Source of the DNA: Octopus sinensis
Taxonomy: Eukaryota
DNA: 64,000 bases
Assembly (NCBI RefSeq): GCF_006345805.1
Contig: NC_042997.1
Coordinates: 198,958,001 to 199,022,000 of the forward strand
Reading direction: 5' to 3'
The position numbers and the translations under genes were made by a program. Of the stretch, positions 59,455 to 64,000 are shown piece after piece. The notes under the pieces were generated by a model. The model was given only the letters and a program-made list of their open reading frames with translations, was not told the DNA's origin and did not search any database. Positions within the stretch are counted from its first letter, which is position 1; each line of letters begins with the position of its first letter.

Positions 59455-59745
59455 GAATTTGAGCTCAGAACATACAGCTGAAATCTTGTTAAGCATCTTG
59501 TCAGGCATGCTAATGGTTCTGCCAGCTCATTGCCTAAGTAGTAATGTTAACAGTGGTTTAAAATTTTGGTACAAAGCCAGTAACTTTGAGGTTGAGGGGA
59601 AGTCGATAACATCAACACCAGTGCTCCAAAAGGATGAAAGATAAAGTCAACCTCAGTAGCATTTGAACTCAGAACATGAGGACAAAAGAAATGCAGCTAA
59701 GCATTTTGTCCAGCATGCTAACAATTCTGCCAGCTAGCCACCTTT
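59455..59745 (-). mobile_element. Rearranged family C SINE pieces
   Basis: gaactcagaacat...gcagctaagcattttgtccagcatgctaacaattctgccagc occurs twice. Confidence 0.7.
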
Positions 59746-59766
59746 ATAATAATAATAATAATAATA

Positions 59767-60272
59767 ATAGCTAATAAACCGGATATCATTATAAAAGATC
59801 AGACAAAAAAGGTGTGTTTATTAACTGACATGAGTATCCCTCACGATCACAATATAGCGGCGAAAGAATTTGACAAGATTAGTAAATATAATGACTTTCC
59901 TATGGAAATTGAAAAAATGCGGCATCTCAAGGCAACTACAGTACCAGTGATTGTAGGATCTCTAGGAATGATAAAAAAAAGGTACTGAAACCTATTTGAA
60001 AATGATTCCAGGCTTACCATCCCTACAGGAAGTGAAAAAAATTGTATTAACTGGAACGGCTCATGTACTGAGAAGAGCATTATCGCTGTGAAAACAACAT
60101 CCATCCATGAATTTATTTATCTACTAATTTTTAGATACATATTTTACCTGTGAATTTGTGCATGTAATCTGGGAATGCATACTATGAGCTTCTCTGTCCT
60201 AGATGTATGGAAAACACTCGGTGAGAAACAGAAGAAAATTTGAAGAAAGGAAAAAAAAGAAGTAGTAGTAGT
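59767..60272 (+). mobile_element. R4/Dong-clade LINE 3' fragment (restriction-like endonuclease domain plus 3' UTR)
   Basis: ANKPDIIIKDQTKKVCLLTDMSIPHDHNIAAKEFDKISKY...PVIVGSLGMIKK(fs)GTETYLKMIPG...TGTAHVLRRALSL* shows the PD..D / KE.EK..KY REL motifs; the 5' junction lies in (TAA)n. Confidence 0.85.
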
Positions 60273-61327
60273 AATCTTTTCTACCTTGGACACAAGGCAT
60301 GAAATTTTGGTGGAGGGGCCAGTTGATCACTCGAACCCCAGTACTATGAGGATAATAATGGTATATTTAAGTATGATATATTCAAGTAAAGCTTACCATT
60401 TAGATTTTATAATTTATTTATTTAAATTTTTTTTCATTCATTTATTTCATTAATGATGTTTATGGATAAAAATTTCATTCATTGATATTAATGACCCACA
60501 TTTTAGCAGCTAATTTTAAATACTTAAACTAAATTTAAAATATAATTTGTTAAAAATTTCCCCAAAAAATGAAAAATTGCTTTCAAATTTAACAACCGTT
60601 TTGTCATAGTTCCTTTAAATAAGAAATAATGCTCAGCAAATTTTATTTTGCATTCTTTAAATTTTATTCACAAATCAATTAATAGAATTGCTTGGTACTT
60701 AAGCCACAAATCTGGATCTCAAACTAGAATTAATTAGCGAGCCTTTGTTTCTGGCCACAATTGGCTCATAGTATATTTTATCGAATTTAATTGTTATATT
60801 GTATCTTTCAAATTGATTTTAATTCCATTTTAGATGACTAAAATAAGCACCACTCTTTTAGTCTCATGATAGTATTGTCATTCTAAAGTGAAAATAGAAA
60901 ATTTCCACTTTAAGAAAGCATTCATTTCTCTTGTGTGCATTAAATATAATCGTACGACAGGATTACAACATTGAGCATATCTAATCAGATTATAGATAAA
61001 TTATTATTCTTCAGCCGATACAGATATGATTATAAATATTTTCCAGCCTGAATTATTCTTCATAATGTAAAAAAAAAAATTGTTTATTTCTGTAAATCTT
61101 TCTTCAGTTATAGAGATTATACCAAGATTAATTGACAGAACAGTCCTGAGTCAGGTTATATCATTACCTAAATCAAATTTAGAGCCTATGTAGAAAATAA
61201 TTCCAACATGAGTAGAGCCATATTGCATTGTGTATAGAAAAGAGAACCATGTTGATAGATTGAAATTTATTAAAAATACTGAATGCAGTGGGGTCCAAAG
61301 AATTTTATTGCAATATGACAGTAATTT

Positions 61328-61622
61328 GTGGAAGCGCAATGGCCAGTGGTTAGGGCAACGGACTCGCAGTTGGAGGATTGCAGTTTCGATTCCCAGACTG
61401 GGCGTTGTGTGTGTTTATTGAGCGAAAACACCTAAAAAAATAGCTCCACGAGGCTCCAGCAGGGGGTAGTGGCAACCCCTGTTGTACTCTTTCTCTCACT
61501 CTCTCTTCCTGTTTCTTGAGTAACGCTGCGATGGACTGGCGTCCCGTCCAGCTGGGGGGAACACACACGCCACAGAAACCAGGAAAACGGGCCCATGAGT
61601 CTGGCTAGGCTTGAAAAGGGTG
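61328..61622 (+). mobile_element. tRNA-derived SINE family D
   Basis: gcgcaatggccagtggttagggc...gtttcgattccc...gatggactggcgtcccgtccagctggg...ggcttgaaaaggg. Confidence 0.88.
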
Positions 61623-62159
61623 AAACAGAAAGAGATAACAGTAATTTAAATAGTTTCTGGAATATAAACTGTTTTATAAATTCAGCACATCTGATATAAA
61701 AAAAAAAAAAAAAAAAACTTTGTGCTTTTTGTAATTTATAATTCAATTTCTAATATTTTAAAATAGAATCTAGATTTTATATGAGATATTACAGTCCTTA
61801 ATATAATAATCACACCAGAAATCTTCATAGGAATGAAAGCGTATTTTCCATTGGTTGGTTGGCTTGCTGGCTGGTTGATTGGTTGGTTGGTAGCTTTTGT
61901 TTCAGTTATCTTTTCTAATTAAAATTTTAAACTTATGAAAGATCTTTAAAACAATTTGATAAATAAATAGAGCAACAGAGGCAACATCCACTTTTAAGTG
62001 GTGTATAGATTTGGTAAATGCTAGCTCTGGAATCTCACAAAAGGAAGATTCCAGATTTGCACTAAACGTGACATCGACTTAAAAGATTGTAAACACTAAT
62101 ACTGTAATAACTATCTTTGATTTTCTTAGTCTTTACTTTTACTGATATAAGCTAGTATT

Positions 62160-62519
62160 CTTTTCTACTCTAGGCACAAGACCCGAAATTTGGGGGGAGG
62201 GGGCCAGTTGATTAGATCAACCTCAGTACACAACTGGTACTTAATTTATCAACCCTGAAATAACAAAAGGTGGAATTTGAAATCAGAATGTAAAGACAGA
62301 TGAAATACCTATTTCTTTACTACCCACAAGAGGTGAAACACACAGAGAACAAACAAGGACAGACAAATGGATTGTCGATTATATCGACCCCAGTGCGTAA
62401 CTGGTACTTATTTAATCGACCCCAAAAGGATGAAAGGCAAAGTTGATCTCGGTAGAATTTGAACTCAGAACATAGCAGCAGACGAAATACTGCTAAGCAT
62501 TTCGCCCAGCTCACTGCCT
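62160..62519 (-). mobile_element. Family C SINE dimer with a 17-bp TSD
   Basis: tgatataagctagtatt at 62143-62159 and 62520-62536; same internal junction as 18155-18555. Confidence 0.9.
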
Positions 62520-62892
62520 TGATATAAGCTAGTATTGCTGATATGGAAGCTTGACCAAACATAAACCTTAATTTTGACTAAATTATTGAATTCAATTCTA
62601 CTTCCCTTAATCTATTCTTTCATAGAATAATCTATACATAATTCATAGCTATTTTAAAGTATCGTATTTTATTTTCTTCTTTATAGAAAATAGCAAATTT
62701 CTGATTTCTGTAATTCTACATTGCCTTTTAATTCAGAACTGAATATGAACTGAACTCCAAACTAAATGTTGTTAAATTTAATGTTACCATTATGTTCATC
62801 AAGCACAGTTCATACTTTCATTGTACCTCGTCCCACAAATCTCTAGTCAACAGCATTATATTAGCACTCTTTAAACATAGAATCTTCGTCAA

Positions 62893-63260
62893 CTCATCAT
62901 CATCATCGTTTAATGTCTGTTTTCCATGCTAGCATGGATTGGACGGTTGAACTGGGGTCTGGGAAGCCAGGAGGCTGCAACAGGCTCCAGTCCAATCTGG
63001 CAGTGTTTCTACAGCTGGATGCCCTTCCTAATGCCAGCCACTCCATGAGTGTAGTAGGTGCTTTTTATGTGTCACCGGCACAGGTGCCAGGCAAAGCTGC
63101 CAACGGCCACAATCGGTTGGTGCTTTTTACGTGCCACCGGCACAGAAGCCAGTCAAGACAGCACTGGCATTGGCCACATTCGGATGGTGCTTTTTACATG
63201 CCACTGGCACAGGTATCACAATTACAATTTCCATTTGATTTTTTGATGTTGATATACTTG
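62893..63260 (-). mobile_element. SINE-like family A
   Basis: catcatcatcatcgtttaatgtctgttttccatgctagcatgg... with three internal units and the aatttccatttgatttt 5' end. Confidence 0.88.
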
Positions 63261-63828
63261 ACTCAATAGGTCTCCTCAAGCACAACTGATCTAGAAAAAT
63301 GAATACAAATAAATATTACTGCATTACTAGATCAAACCTACTTTCTAATAAATCAAAACACTTATTGCTAATAAATCACAACAAATTTGAGATTGCTTCA
63401 TACAGGTGAAGACAATCAGTCCCATCTCTACTTTAGATACTTTTGATCATAAACGAATGCACAAAATTGCAGACCAGATACAAGTATCACCTGGCAAACA
63501 GCATCTGAAAAGTTAATCACTGCATACCAGTACCTGGAGTGTGTTTCCATATTAAATGAAAGCATAGCATATTTCTAACTTCTGGATGTATTAGCTACTT
63601 GGAAACCCTCGGTAAATTACCTTATTTCCATAGATCAATTCCAGGTGAGATAACTAGGACAATGAGACTATAAACTATTCTCCATACATTGTTTAAAGCA
63701 ATTCAAAATTTAAAAGAATAATAAGTCTTAGCTCTATACCCAGCCATCAAGGCTGCATCAAAACACGTCTATGCTTGGAATCTATCGAGAAATAATGTAA
63801 AAAGTAAAGAAACAGTAAAATAAAATGT

Positions 63829-64000
63829 GCAGGAGTGGCTGTGTGGTAAGTAGCTTGCTTACCAACTACATGGTTCTGGGTTCAGTCCCACTGAGTGGCA
63901 CCTTGGGCAAGTGTCTTCTGCTATAGCCTCGGGCTGACCAAAGCCTTGTGAGTGGATTTGGTAGACGGAAACTTGAAGAAGCCCGTCGTATATATGTATA
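63829..64000 (+). mobile_element. Family B SINE, cut by the window end
   Basis: gcaggagtggctgtgtggtaag...gaagaagcccgtcgtatatatg. Confidence 0.9.

Overview
Eukaryotic, AT-rich, repeat-dominated DNA that looks like intron or intergenic sequence. The SINE families and dense (TA)n/(CA)n/(AAT)n microsatellites suggest a coleoid cephalopod, probably Octopus; this is inferred from memory of those repeat families, not from a search. No host protein-coding gene, rRNA, true tRNA or CRISPR array could be confidently identified, and most ORFs in the supplied track are by-products of SINEs or microsatellites. The window contains at least five SINE-like families (A-E, my labels), decayed LINEs (CR1/L2, Crack-like, Jockey/CR1-group, RTE, R4/Dong), Tc1/mariner remnants including one with both TIRs, piggyBac-type, hAT and mariner-type MITEs, a Helitron, and Penelope-type terminal-repeat fragments carrying minimal hammerhead ribozymes. 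The best leads are: (1) a ~330-345 bp TIR-less foldback element in two copies with identical termini and 11-12 bp TSDs; (2) a canonical minimal hammerhead plus variant copies; (3) a locally triplicated, old ~0.6-0.95 kb unit at 34.5-37.5 kb that keeps a minus-strand Cys-containing ORF and forms an inverted pair around an Asn/Asp-coding microsatellite; (4) a pre-miRNA-like hairpin; (5) a small structured retroposon with a shared 5' end and AGCAG target junctions. The candidate exons listed are low confidence.
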